Origin: Podarcis muralis
Lineage: Eukaryota
NCBI RefSeq assembly: GCF_964188315.1
Contig: NC_135659.1
Span: forward strand, 32,674,001 to 32,738,000
Length of the DNA stretch: 64,000 nucleotides
Reading direction: 5' to 3'
A program made the position numbers and the translations under genes. This document shows, in pieces, positions 49,981 through 62,561 of this stretch. The notes beneath the pieces are model-generated. The model saw nothing but the letters and a program-made list of their open reading frames with translations. It was not told where the DNA came from and made no database searches. The number at the start of each line of letters is the position of its first letter. Position 1 is the first letter of the stretch.

Positions 49981-52209
49981 TAAGTAATTTCCCTCTGCAA
50001 TACCTCCTCTCTCTTTTTTTGCTGTCTCTTCCCCCACCCCCACCCCCTGTTTCTTCCCCAAAAGAGAGACGGGTGCAGTGCTGTTATTTCCATTGCATCG
50101 TGCAGTGATTTTGATCCACCGTGGGCTTAGTGCATTCGTATTACACAATCTGTTTATTGCTTTGTTGTAATTTTCCTCCCCCTTCCTTCTTCTCCGTTGA
50201 GGATGGTTTCGGGTTGACCCTTCTGGGTTTAAAATGGTACGTTACTTTTCGTGAGATGATTGCAGAATTTCCATTTCCCTTTCAAGGTACTATGCACTTA
50301 GGAAGTTTGGACAATTTATGTAAGGTACGCAAGGCACCATCTCTGTCTACGTTACAGCAGGAACAGCACTCATTTGTTCCTGAAACTTTAGCCCTGGTAC
50401 AGATGTTTTCCCAGAAAGGGAGAATTAACATTGCTGCTTACCTGATAATTTGCAGCGCAAACTGTAGGTAGATCATTTTTTTCTACCATATTTTGACACC
50501 TTATTCACTTGCAATGCAAAGGCTGCTATGAGAAAAAAAAGCTTTTTATATATACCTATATAGCTATATATGAAAACGTTTAAATGTACAAATATTAATG
50601 TATTCCTGCATTAACACTTTCCAGCAATTATTTAAAAGTGAAAAGAAATTAAATATTTTTCTAACTTTTTTTTGTTTTGTACATATTTATATACATACTG
50701 TATATTAAAAAGCATTGGGCTTGATCTACTCCATTTGGGGTACAGTGCTTGTGCATGGGGAGTTCACCATAGCCCTCCCTGTCCTTCCTCTCTTCCCCCC
50801 TGCTAAGCTGTTCCAGCTGATAAGCAGGAAGGAGCCACATTAAATTCAGCTGCAGGTGGAAGGTTCCCCATCCCTGCTATAGAACATAGCATAGGAGATC
50901 CTGCCTCCTTACGCATCTACAGGCAGCATACTTGGCCTGTCAGAAATAGGAGGACACTGCATTCCTCCCCTTCCTTTCCAGCCTTCCCTTTCCCTCGCTG
51001 CAAGTCAAGAAACCAGAGCCTTGCAGGGCAAGTTCTATGAGACATTATGAAGAGCAATTGCTGTGGCTCCCTGTCTCAAACCCTTTGTAATCATCGGTAC
51101 TTCAGGAAAGGGCCATTTTAGATTTAAATATGAACACAACTTCTAAAAGGAATGTGTGTCACGTGATGCCAAAATAAATGGCCCGCTAAGCAGCAGTGGA
51201 TATGGGTCAGACCAGAAGGGACTTGCTGAATACCTGCGAGGAGTTCAAAGGCCACAGATGACATTGATATCTCTCAGATGTACAAGTGCAAGACTTTCCC
51301 AGATAATGTGTGATTGTCGCATCGTGCAATTTCCACGTTTTTAAGAGTTTCTAGAGAGGCTTTGGCAATGGGAACGATTGTTTCCCAGAGTCCAAATTTC
51401 ACACTGTGGTGGCTCACAAAGATGCATATTGTTTAAAATGCACATTTTAAACAATATGCACATCCCTTTAACCCTTTCCAAAGTTCAGCCAGATGCAAAC
51501 GATGGACAGAGCAGTATTTCATGCATGATCAAAGGCTCTGTTAAAGGCAAATGTTCAGAATAAGTTAGATGCACACACACACACACACAACTCCATGAGA
51601 CTTAAATTGGGATGGATTTAAAGACTGAACATGTTTTCTGGTTCAGCCTCAAGTAGCAAACATAATTCAAGAGTGCAGATCCCTATGCTGAACCATGTTT
51701 ATGAAGCTGTAGTCCTTGTGACTACAAATGCAGTGATCAGGAATTATGGCCTGTTTTTTGTTTTTGTTTTTTAAAAGGAGGAGAGTAGTCATATTGATTC
51801 AAGTGGGATATTTTAGATGTTCTGAAAGCTTAGTAGATGCTAAAATGGCTGTAGTCCCCTCCCCAAAAAAGTCCATCCTATTTTTAAAGGTTGACATGTG
51901 AATTGAGAAAGTGCCTTTTAAAAATAATATATCTAGGTCCTGAATGCATTTTGAAGTTCTTAGTATTTGCTCTCATACCAGAAATATTGAATAAGTATTA
52001 AATGAGACTATCAATTTACTGTTTATCTTGCCAGTTGTCTTAAATGAGTATTATTGACAGCTCCTCAGCCCTTCCCTTAGAAGGATAAATGTGACAAAAC
52101 GTTTATTAACCTTGTCCTTGGATGTCGGCTATCTTAGTAGTTAACCAAAGCAATTGCAAGTCTTATGCAAATATATAAATGAAAACTCAACTTCTGTCCA
52201 CTGTCTAGC

Positions 52210-52799
52210 AATAAAACCCAAGCAATAAAAATTATACAACCAATTGCCTCATTAAAAAAGGCTGCATTATTAATAATGCAGATGAGTAAGTTTTTAAATG
52301 GAAATGCTTTTAAAAATGTAAGTCAGCAAAGGTTTCTTAAATAGTGCTTTGGATCTTGCAAATTCATGACACACTGTAAGATTTCATTTTCTCCTGTATT
52401 ATGTTAGCGGCCACTCTCTTGGCCTATGGACCTTGTGTAAATGCTATTTTAACTTGTTTGTTTCCCTCCTATATTTTGTCTGGCTACTGTTGTTGTTGTT
52501 ATTATTATTATTTATTTACAATAGGATGCACGAATTTGGTGCACGAATTTTTTGCCACGTTTTTTTCCTAAATATCTCCACTTTTTATCCAGTGTCCTTT
52601 TTATTAATTTATTATCGTTAATGTCTCAGTACACAATACAGTCATTGCAATTAAATAACAACGGTACTGTTTGGAAATTTTAACCTGAAGCATTTATTGA
52701 TAAGCTGATGTATTTTTTTAAAAGTATATATGTACAGGAAGTGGATTATTTTTAAAAATATAAATGTTAATTCTGAATAAAATCTGGATTAAGAATAAA
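52210..52799 (+). terminator. Candidate SYDE2 polyadenylation signals
   Basis: AATAAA at 52210, 52224, 52776 and 52794 in AT-rich sequence. Confidence 0.5.
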
Positions 52800-52829
52800 A
52801 ATCGGTTGCATTTTGTAAAAGGTTGCCAT

Positions 52830-52964
52830 CAGTGCAATTTTTCTAGGAAAAGAGGTGCAGGAACTCACCATGAACAACTTCCTCGTTCTCTTAGAATGAC
52901 GTTGGTGCCCACCTGAGAGGTGCCGCAACAGAATTCCAGCGAGTTCCGGCTGGAAAAAGCCCCG
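52830..52964. mobile_element. Short hAT-type MITE
   Basis: TSD gttgccat / gttgccaa. Inverted homolog at 61021-61148. Confidence 0.7.
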
Positions 52965-54268
52965 GTTGCCAATATTTGAAGATAAGTTAGATGTATTTCT
53001 GATTCCACATAATACCTTGAAAATGTATTTGCCCACACAGAATCTGCTGTGGTTGTGAATATAAGTTTTCCTTCATATTTTTCAGGGCTAGTCGTTCAAT
53101 GCGCTCAGCAACTGAGAGGGAGGACGAAGGCCTAATCTCATGCAGGAATTTGAGTGGCGACTTCAGTGCTATTTCTTCCCAGCCAGTTTATCAGAAACAT
53201 ATTTGTTTCCAGCTCACGGGGTGAGTTGTTGCATTGTTATAGCACATGTTTTGCCATTTGCTACCAAGCCAGGTTTAATGTTTTGCTGTTATGGAATGAG
53301 TTCAGCTGAAGATATGTCTCCTATAATAGACCTGCCTGGTCATTGAAGTTTACAGTGTGAAAGTGCTCCTAATGTTATGGCCTTCTTCTCTGTTGCCATC
53401 TTGGTAGAGATGGAGTACAGTATTGTCTCCTCCCAAACATCTTCCCAGAGGCAACTTACCATTTCTACCTTTGAAAACTCATTGCCTGTCTGATCTGCTT
53501 GCTTCTGATCTGCATTTGTGTTGTTCTGCTGACTAGTTTTAGATAAATGAGAACTTCAACATTGGAAAACTCTTTAGTTTTTGTACGTCAGAATAAGTAG
53601 CAAAACCTTGTTTTGTAGTTTGGGGTCTGTGGTGTCTCATTCACACAGGAAATCCACTGATGTTGCAGTTGTCTAGCAATGAACATGGATGTACAAACGA
53701 AGCCTTCATGTCTCAGTGGATAGATGATTGGAATTGGGCCAGAGAGAGAGCCTAGCTCAATAATGGGCTTTGCGTTTTTCATGCTTGCCCTTTGCATATG
53801 GAGAATGGAAGTAGCCTACTTTGTCACATTGTGAAAATCACAGTGCCCTTTTAGCACACACAGACATGCTATCAGAATGTTTAGCTTTCCAACAGCTTTT
53901 GAACATACAAATTCCCAACAGAAAATGAGTAAAATTCTAGTCTATCCACATTGTATCTCAAGCCAGAACATCATGTTGTTGAGTAATTTGATCAATTTCC
54001 CAGAGGCCTAATGAGCTACAAGCACACAAGGACTCTATTGTCATCGTTCCCCCCCCCCCACCTTCCTGCTGCAACATATCTGTTAGAGGGGGAATAATCA
54101 CACAAATTAGGCCATTGTGCATATGACTGTACATGCAAGTGCTTCTCATCCAGACCATTTCCAAGGGTGGTGGGGGATGCACTCACTGCCCCCCCCCAGA
54201 ACTTCTGTGCCCACCTGCCATTCACTTTCACTTTCCCACTGGGCCTAACCTGTACAACTGCCTATAAG

Positions 54269-54403
54269 CAGGGGTGCAGAACCTGTGGTCTTCCAGATGT
54301 TGCTGGACTCCAGCTCCCACCATCCCTGCTGATGAAGCTGGCTGTGGATGATGGGAATTGTAGTCTTGACAACATCTAGGCTGCCACAGGTTCCTCACCA
54401 CTG
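54269..54403. mobile_element. Hairpin hAT MITE (degenerate)
   Basis: Palindromic ccagatgttgctggactcca / tgtagtcttgacaacatctagg arms. Confidence 0.7.
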
Positions 54404-56736
54404 GCCTAAAGGGAGAGTTCAAGGCAACTCACCTTTGTTGTTGCTACCATGCTCAGGGCAAACATGGAAGGGGGATAGCTCTAGGGATTGGAAACGGACC
54501 CTCTTCAGGAGAGCAAGGCTTGGCAGATGCCCAAATGGCTGCTCTTTGCCTTGCATGACAGGAAGTTCATGGTTGTTCTACCATCCATAGAACAGGCTGT
54601 GGAACTCAGTAATGTATGAGCAGTGTCTGAATTTAATTTTGCTAGCAAATTTCAATATTTCATGTCTTGGCATTTTGGCCAGTAGTTTTTGTTATATTAC
54701 AAATAAACAAAGAACTTTAGTTTTAAGAAAGCCTAATATTAAGTCCACCACGTTAGAGGTATTTATATCTGTCTTCTTTGTAGCAATTGTTTGTGGCCAT
54801 TAGGGAGAGATGCACCTTTTCCATACACATTATTTTAGAACTGAAAGAAAGCTGTGCTTGTTTCAACAAGCACAAATGATAAAAAAATTGTGTGAAAACT
54901 TGTGTCTCCCAAATGGGAATCCATCATCTGTCAGGAAACAATTTAATGATGCATTTGTTAAATTGAAATGCAATCTGAGAGCCTGTATTAAATGGCTTCA
55001 AATCTGTTTTAAATTAATGGCTTCAGCACATCCCTGCTTAGAGGTAGATTGTGTGCCTGCATGATTTACAAATTAGATGTGTGGAAATTAAGAACTGTGA
55101 TGATGACCCACTTGGTGGTTTTTGCTCACTTTATTAGAACCTTCTGTGACATGCATGTAAATGTTTCCTGCTCTTATTAAGAACAGAGGAATGCCTGGAT
55201 TCTACCCTGGTTAATACAACTTACATTTTACCAGCATAAATACATTGCTGACTGGTAGTGCAGTCCCCCACCCACCCCCAATCTGTAGCTGATTAAGTGT
55301 GTGAGTGCAAAAGAGCCCCAAACCTGTACCCAAATGTCAGCTTTCTGCCAATTGTTCAAGCCACCTAAACTGGTGATATATGTTTGTGTAAGCTGTTCCT
55401 TGTTATATTATGTAACAGTTTATATAATAGGATCCACTCTATGTACATATTGCAATCAGGCATAGTCGCCCCCCCCCCTGCCCATAAAGAATAGGATTAG
55501 GATTCAGATTGCAGACAAACAACAATAAATGCAAGGATTACAGCTTGCTTGCTTTAGGAAAGAAGATGAACATCTTCTTCTAACAGACGAGTCTAGGATT
55601 TTCAGTTTTTCAAGAGAAGATTCAAGGTCAGCCAATAGTGGATATCTTGGTGAACCTATATCGTTTACCTGCCTTCCATCCGGCTGATATTTACTACTGC
55701 AGCAGGCAGGCATGGAGTGCAGGAGGGGGTCAGCATGGTGCAAACAGGCCAGCAGAGCTAATCTGTGTTTGGCATCTTCGGCAGGTTTGTCTGGGTTTAT
55801 GCAACAGTGCAAATGAATGGTTCATGTGATCATTCTTAAAGTTGCAGTTTAAGGGGTGCATGTGCTTTTTATTAACTTTTTAAAAATGCTCTTTTTTTGG
55901 TGTGGAAGCCTTTTGCAGTGCAATAATTTCAACAATAGTGAAGTTTTTGTTTGCAGGCATTTTTGTTCTTCAGTTCTTAAGGGCAGCCACCCCATATTCC
56001 TTACTCGTGAATAAAGAGAGGTGCATTTGACAGAGACTACTGAACTGTGGCCTCTTGTTACCTGCCTCCCTCTGTCTCTGTCCACCTTTCATATTTGAAT
56101 GCTGACGGATGGAACATTGTCAAGTACAAGTTTATTGATCTAACCCTGCCTCCACCATATGGTTCAGATGCAGGCCCCATGTTTGGTCACCTAGGCTGAA
56201 ACTTCCAGCTCATTTTTGGGGGGCCCTTGGTAGCTTAGTTTGCAAAATACACCAAGGAAGCTAGTGTTTGGTGAGCCAGCCAGTCCCCTCCTCACTGCCC
56301 TGGCGTGGGGGGGGGGGCGGTGGAGGGCAGGCGTCGGAGATAGCTACATTGGTATGCTAAAAATAGCTGGTAACTTCTCGTATAAAAATAGATCCTCTGG
56401 ATTTTTGCAGCACAAATCTCTAAATCTGATAAGCTTGGGACACATCTGGTTGTTCAAGGCCACTAATGTTTTAGGGGGGCTAGTCTAGTACACAGAATGC
56501 ATGTGTGATATTTGAAGCACGTTTCTCACAATATATAAAAAATTGTGGCTTTACCCAAATACTTCAGGGTTTACTGAAAAGGTGGTGGCAGGGATCCACC
56601 TTTGCTGCTCTTTAGCCTGCCTGTGTATGTAAGAGAAAGGTGGGTAAACATATTTTAAGGGGTTACTTGTTCATCATTTAGTGATATTTGAATGTGCTGT
56701 CTGGAACCATGCCTTGGGCATACAGTCTGAGTCGTG

Positions 56737-56895
56737 TAAGAACATAAAAAGAGCCCTGGTAAATCAGAGCAACAGGCTACCTTGTCTTGCTCTCACGGTG
56801 GCCAACCCAGATGCCTATACAAAGCCTGTAAGCAGGATCTGAACTTAAGAGCCCTCCCCTCTCCCAACTGGCATTCAGAGGTATGCTGCTACCAG
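56737..56895 (-). mobile_element. CR1-type LINE 3' fragment
   Basis: taagaacataaaaagagccctgg...ctcacggtggccaacccagatgcc signature. Confidence 0.65.
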
Positions 56896-57097
56896 GTGTG
56901 TGAGAGAGGATCTAAGAGTTGGTGGCTGAACGATCATTTGGACTGGGGAGAAAAGGAGGACGGAGACCTAAAATGGTCTTTGGCCACTGTATTCTGTTAG
57001 ACCTTCTGTTACTTTTTTTTAAAAAATGTTTTCTTCCCAGCTTCTGATTATCACTTTCCTGTGCCCCAAGCAGATTAGCGGATTGTTGAATTAGAGG

Positions 57098-57425
57098 AGG
57101 TACGATGGCCATCTTCAGATATCTAAAGGGCTTTCACATGGAAGGTGGAGCAAGCTTGTCTTCTCCTGCTCCGGAAGGTAGGACTCGAACCAATGGATTC
57201 AAGTTACAAGGAAGGAGATTCTGACTAAACATCAGGAAGAACTTTCTGAGGGGAAGAGCTGTTTGGCAGTGGAATGGTCTCCCTTGGGAAGTTGGGGACT
57301 CCCTTTCATTGGTGGCTTTTAAACAGAGGCTGGAAGGCCGTCTGTCATGGATGCTTTAGTGGAGATTCCTGCAATGCAGGGAGTTGGATTACTTGGCCCT
57401 TGAGGTCTCTTCCAACTCTGATTCC
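57098..57425 (+). mobile_element. CR1 LINE 3' end
   Basis: AIFRYLKG...GRTRTNGFKLQ..RF*LNIRKNFL..RAVWQWNGLP is the CR1 ORF2 terminus, followed by the 3' UTR ttccaactctgattc. Confidence 0.92.
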
Positions 57426-58572
57426 CGACGGTAATTGTTATTTTCACTGATCAAAGCTAGACAGGAGCAGTGAATATTGCAGACCAGTAAGAGTCGCTTT
57501 GCAAACTGTCTCCATGGGTCTTTCCACTTTCTGCCCTGGCCGTGTGGACACTTGTCTGACAGGAGCCTCTTGCTACCACAGCAGGCTGTGGAAAGTGTGG
57601 ATTCACCCTCTTAAGAGTCTAACCTGTCCTTCTCTGAAGCCTTTCATTTCTGCCTAATGGTCTCTGATGGCACCTGACCTGGTAACATAGCAATAGGCAG
57701 AGTACTGCAGGATGAAAAATGTCACCCCAACCGATAAGAGAGCGACATTAATATTAATCAGCTGCTATTCATTTGCACAGGTAAATAGTCAAGCTGTTGT
57801 TTAACTCCTCCAGGGGGAAAGCTGCTCTCCTGCTGCAGCACAAGCAGCCAGTGACCTGCTTTTGTGTGTCAAGGGAAAGGTGCTCCCTTCAACACAAATC
57901 TTTTTACTATTGCAGTTTGTGCATCCTGACGTTCATATGTTGAGAATGTGTATTGGACAGAAGAACTATGTAAATAAACAAGCTGATGACACAGTGACTG
58001 CAGGTGAGTTTGAATGGTGATTATGCCTCTTGCTTGGCTACACGGGGAGATGATGTGTTTGTGGAGGGGTTGTAGCAACCGCTGACTTTTGTGTGGCTGG
58101 TTGCTTACTGTTAATCGTTAAGTCATGGCTGTTGCGGCACCCTTTTTTTTCATTCAGCAGCATTTGTTTAACCTCCAGTTCGCTAGTAAAACTGAATTAC
58201 TGTTGTCGCGAAATGATGCAGGTCTAAAAAGCGTATCACCAATGTGAAAAGTTTGGAAAAGCTCTGGCCTAAATCATCCTTAATCACTTTGAAAACTGAA
58301 GTGTTGCTGAGGCCCCCTGTTAGCATACACAGAGAATGTTATGTGATAACTACTGAATATGTAGTAGATCTGGAAAGAAGCCTGATGTTTGTGTGCACTT
58401 CCAGATGTCTGAAATGATTACATGCGATGCTTCCTGGGATTGCTGCTGTTTCCATATTATGCTGTATTCCAGGGCACTTAATGGGCATACATATTAACAT
58501 AGTGTTGTTTTTAATATTTGCATTAAGGCGCTACAGGTTCTAATTAATCTCAAATGCAAAACCAATTATTAT

Positions 58573-58632
58573 TTTATTGTCAATACGCACCTTTAGCCAT
58601 GTGTGAAAATGTTGCTTACCTGTATATTTATT
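58573..58632 (-). terminator. Candidate DNAI3 polyadenylation signals
   Basis: Two minus-strand AATAAA (58627-58632, 58573-58578), about 280 and 335 nt after the stop. Confidence 0.55.
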
Positions 58633-58910
58633 ATGATACATAGTGTAGAGGTATGGAGGAACAGCACCTACAACCATATTGGGGAGGGGGGCATTTTCAA
58701 CAGTCCTACAGTAAAAAAAAAGACAAGCTGCAAATTGAACAGTACAGCAGCAGGTCCTTTTGGCTTGCGGGAGCTCTCCTGCATTACAAATTTTCAAAGC
58801 CACACAAGGCTCTCCTCAGGTGCTCCCATGTCTTTGGATCAGTGTCATTCTAAATATGTTGCTTACAACAAGTTACGCTGTCCTGAATATGACAGTGGTG
58901 TCTTATGCAG

Positions 58911-59057
58911 CTAGTTGGTCCTGGAGGCGTATCTGTCTGGCCCCTTCAGTACCCCAAGACGAGTCAGAATGGTCTTCTCTAGATCCAAAAAGTCTGTATA
59001 ATCTTGATTTGTCTGTTCTTCCATAAGTTCTCTTGACCGCTGGCCACCTAGTGCTCT
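58911..59057 (-). CDS. DNAI3: DNAI3/WDR63 last coding exon; not in the ORF track
   Basis: Hand translation RALGGQRSRELMEEQTNQDYTDFLDLEKTILTRLGVLKGPDRYASRTN*, similar to recalled DYESYLELEKTVLINLG. Acceptor CCTTCCTTGCAG|, phase 0. Confidence 0.87.
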   Translation of the reverse strand, partial: RALGGQRSRELMEEQTNQDYTDFLDLEKTILTRLGVLKGPDRYASRTN

Positions 59058-59163
59058 CTGCAAGGAAGGAGGGGGTAAGTTATAAATACATTTTCTGAGT
59101 TGGAGGGGGAAAGTTAATTCTCAAAGCCTTAAAATATAGCCTGATTAGGTAGACGATGATATA

Positions 59164-60444
59164 CCGTATTTTTCGCTCTATAGGACGTACACGACCATAG
59201 GACACACCTTGTTTTAGAGGGCAAGAACAAGGAAAAGAATTCTCCCCCTCTCTGCTCAGCGCCCTTTCAGCAAAGCGGTAGGGGAAACGGAGCCCCTTCC
59301 ATTTCTCCTGCCACTTCGCTGAAGGGGTGCTGCGCAGAGAGGGGGAGATTTTTTTTCTTCTTATTCTCCCCCTTTAAAGCAAGGTGTGTTCTGTGCGGTC
59401 AAGGTGAGCGGGAGTTCCTTGGAAGCCTGGAGAGCGAGTGGGGTCAGTGCGCACTGACCCCTCTCGCTCTCTAGGCTTCAGTGAAGGCAACCCGAAGCCT
59501 CAGGAGCGTGGTGGGCTCCGGAGGCTTCGGGTTCCTTTCGACCTGCTCTTTGGGGCTGGTGGTGGGGGAAGCGCTGCTTTCCCCCATCGCCAGTCTCAAA
59601 GGTCCCTGAAGCCTTCAGAGCGTAGCACGAGTTCCTGCTGTGCTCCACAGGCTTCAGGTTCCTTTTGCTGAAGCCAGGAGAGTCTTGCTCGCACAGACCC
59701 CTCTCACTCTCCAGGCTTCAGCGAAAGCAACGCAAAGCCTCCGGAGCGCAGAGGGCGTGCTCCCTCTGTTTTTTTGCCCTATAGGACGCACTTTTTCCCC
59801 TCCAAAAATGAAGGGGAAATTTGTGTGCGTCCTATGGGGCGAATGCAGGCTCCTTGGCTTCAGCGATAGCAACGCGAAGCCTCCGGAGGCTTCGCTTTGC
59901 TTTCGCTGAAGCCAGGAGAGTCTGCTCTTTGAGGCTGGCAGTGGGGGAAAGCAGCGCTTCCCCCCACCGCCAGCCCCACAAGCTTGGGGGGCAGCGGGAA
60001 GGCGCGCGACGCCTTAGCGCTGCTCCCCGACCCAGCTTTGAGGCTGGCGGTGGGGGAAAGCAGCGCTTCCCCCCACCGCCAACCCCACAAGCTGGGTCAA
60101 AAAGTCCGCATGAGCTGCGCACTCTTTAAAGGCTGCGCGGCTTCTGCTGGCTTTTCTACAGGGGGGGGGGGGTTTAAAGAGCGCGCCGCTCTTGGGGGCT
60201 GGGGGCTTTTCCCTGAGGAGGGAGAAGGGACTGACTGGCTGTTTCAGTCCCTTCTCCCTCCTGGTCGAAAAGCCCGCAGGAGTTGTGCGCGGCTCCTGTG
60301 GGCTTTTGCGGGATGTGGGGGAATTCCGTCACCTCCCGCAAAAGCGTGGGGGGGGGAGAGTGTCATATTTCCCCCCTTGATTTCCCCCCCTGAAAACTAG
60401 GTGTGCCCTATGGGCCGGTGCGCCCTATAGGGCGAAAAATACGG
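59164..60444. mobile_element. Large GC-rich Tc1/mariner-type MITE, composite
   Basis: TA-CCGTATTTTTCGC(T/C)CTATAG TIRs with TA on both sides, plus an internal second left end at 59769. Confidence 0.85.
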
Positions 60445-61020
60445 TAAGTATTCAGGGTACAAACCCTGCCTCTAAAACAAGAACACTTTACCAGTACAGC
60501 AGCTCAAACATACTGCACTAAAAGGTATCCTTCACTGAATTTGCTACCTCAGACATGGATTCAGTAGGAGCTGGCCCATATTGGGACAATGCGCCATGAA
60601 CCCTCACTTGCCTGCCTCAAAACTGGTCCAGGGGATTGCACTGCCTGTGACAGATTCCTCCTCAATCTCAGTGATACCTTTTTGAGAGGGTGAAGCAAAA
60701 CTAGTATTTGTTGGCACTGCCTGTCATCGACAGTAGGCAGAGCTAGAGTCAGTCTCCTTGGCCTCTGCCCTACCAGTTCTGGTGAGCAGCAGCCGGTACT
60801 GCATGTCACATGCCCTTGTACAGATGCCATCATTTGTAACTCAGAGCCCACAAAGGCAGAAATCCCCACCGCTCTCTGGTTTATTATGTTTTACATTATA
60901 GTTATTACGTTTTGGCAAAGGCATTCAAAGCATGCCCTTCCAAAAGCATTTCCCACAGAGGCTGGGTTCAGACACGATGCAAAACCATTGCTTATTTTAA
61001 TGCTGAAACCATGTTTTGTG

Positions 61021-61148
61021 TAGGGTCTTTCCCCCCACAGCCAGAACTCAGTTCCGGCACCTCAAGTCAGCACCATCGCCACTGTGAGAGAACAAGGGAG
61101 GTGTTAATGGTGAGTTCCAGAACCTCCTTTTCTAGAAAAATAGCACTG
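61021..61148. mobile_element. Short hAT-type MITE (inverted homolog of 52830-52964)
   Basis: Shared ggtgagttcc..aacctccttttctagaaaaatagcactg. No TSD match. Confidence 0.65.
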
Positions 61149-61322
61149 GAGCCAACCATTAATTGAAGCCAGTTTACAGAGCACTGTTAGTGCTAACCAT
61201 GGTGCTCTTAACTGTGGCTATCACAAACCATGGTTTTGTGTAACGTCCGAATGAAGGAAGAGAGGAAGCAGCACAAGGGAAGATGGGGAAACCTAACCTT
61301 CCTTAAATTATGATTGTGGTTA

Positions 61323-61935
61323 CCGTATTTTTCGCCCTATAGGACGCACTTTCCCCCCTCCAAAAATGAAGGGGAAATGTGTGTGCGTCTTATGGGGCGA
61401 ATGCAGGCTTTCACTGAAGCCAGGAGAGCGAGAGGGGTCGGTGCGCACTGACCCCTCCCGCTCTCCAGGCTTCAGGAGAGCCCCAGTGCCAGCCCCACAA
61501 GGTCGGGGGACAGAGGGAGGCAGAATGCCGCCATCCCGCTGTCTCCCGAAGTGGTTTGGAGGCTGACGGCGGGGAGACCCCGCCGCCAGCCCCGCAAGCT
61601 CCAGGGACAGCAGGAGACGCAGCGCGTCTTCCTGCTGTCCCCGGACCTGATCTGAAGGTGGGCGGCGGGGAGAAGAGCGCTTCTCTCCGCTGCCTGCCCC
61701 GCAAGCTCCGGGGACAGCTGGGAGACGCAGCGTGTCTTCCTGCTGTCCCCATACCTGATCTGAAGGCGGGCGGCGGGGAGAAGAGCGCTTCTCTCCGCTG
61801 CCTGCCCCGCAAGCTCCGGGGACAGCAAGGAGACGCAGCGCGTCTTCCTGCTGTCCCCGGACCTGGTCTGAAGGCGGGCGGCGGGGAGAAGAGCGCTTCT
61901 CCCCGCTGCCGGCCCCACAAGCGCCTGGGGGGGAA
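61323..61935. mobile_element. Truncated MITE of the 59164 family with a tandem array
   Basis: TA-CCGTATTTTTCGCCCTATAGGACGCAC left end. No right TIR. Confidence 0.8.
61590..61920. repeat. Three copies of a ~108-bp GC-rich minisatellite
   Basis: ccccgcaagctcc recurs at about 61591, 61697 and 61805, with a partial copy at 61913. Visible as a 36-aa repeat in the ORF track. Confidence 0.9.
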
Positions 61936-62044
61936 ATAATTTTTTTTTTCTTTATTGGAAAATAAATAGAATACATGAAAAATAGGCACATTTTTCAAAA
62001 CCTTAGCACTCCTAACTTTTTTTGTCACTTAAAAAGAATCTTAC

Positions 62045-62167
62045 CGTTTTCTTCATCATTTTCTCACGCTCTATATTCTCTCTTTCTTCTTCTCTGAATT
62101 CTCGTCGCTTTTCAGAAAACTCCAGGTGTTTGACTTCTCGCTCAAAGTAATGAAGGACACTAGAACG
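62045..62167 (-). CDS. DNAI3: DNAI3/WDR63 penultimate coding exon (coiled-coil); not in the ORF track
   Basis: Hand translation RSSVLHYFEREVKHLEFSEKRREFREEERENIEREKMMKKT contains the conserved YFEREVKHLE motif. 123 nt, phase 0/0, donor ACG|GTAAGA. Confidence 0.9.
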
Positions 62168-62561
62168 CTGATATTCCAAGGTATTTTTAGGTTATGATAC
62201 GAGGCATTTTAAATATCCATTTCCAGCTCTGGGAGCCAAACCAGGTTTCCATATTACAGATGTGTGGGAAAATGGGGGGGGGGGGGAGAGAACCATGTAC
62301 CTTCCTAATCTGAGTTGCTCAGAAGAATAGTGGGATTAAAATTTACTTTAAGAAAAGAACAAATGAGTCTCTTGGTAATGTAGTTTCTCCCCAAATCCAG
62401 CCGCCAGAAGTTTGTCAGTTATGCCAATCAGAGGCTGCATTTAGGTCTTCTTCCCCGACCAAAGTGGCTGGCCAAGGTAATTGCCTGTTTTCCAGTTGAG
62501 TTCTGCTCCCATTCCAGCCTTACTACACAATTGCCTGTGTGCAATTCCTGGCATTCTGATA

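Noticed and set aside
55504-55812. Exon-like peptides on both strands between the genes (LLADLESSLEKLK...; KEDEHLLLTDESR...)
   Set aside because: Lies beyond the stops and polyA signals of both genes and has no recognisable homology. The true DNAI3 last exon was found at 58911-59057.
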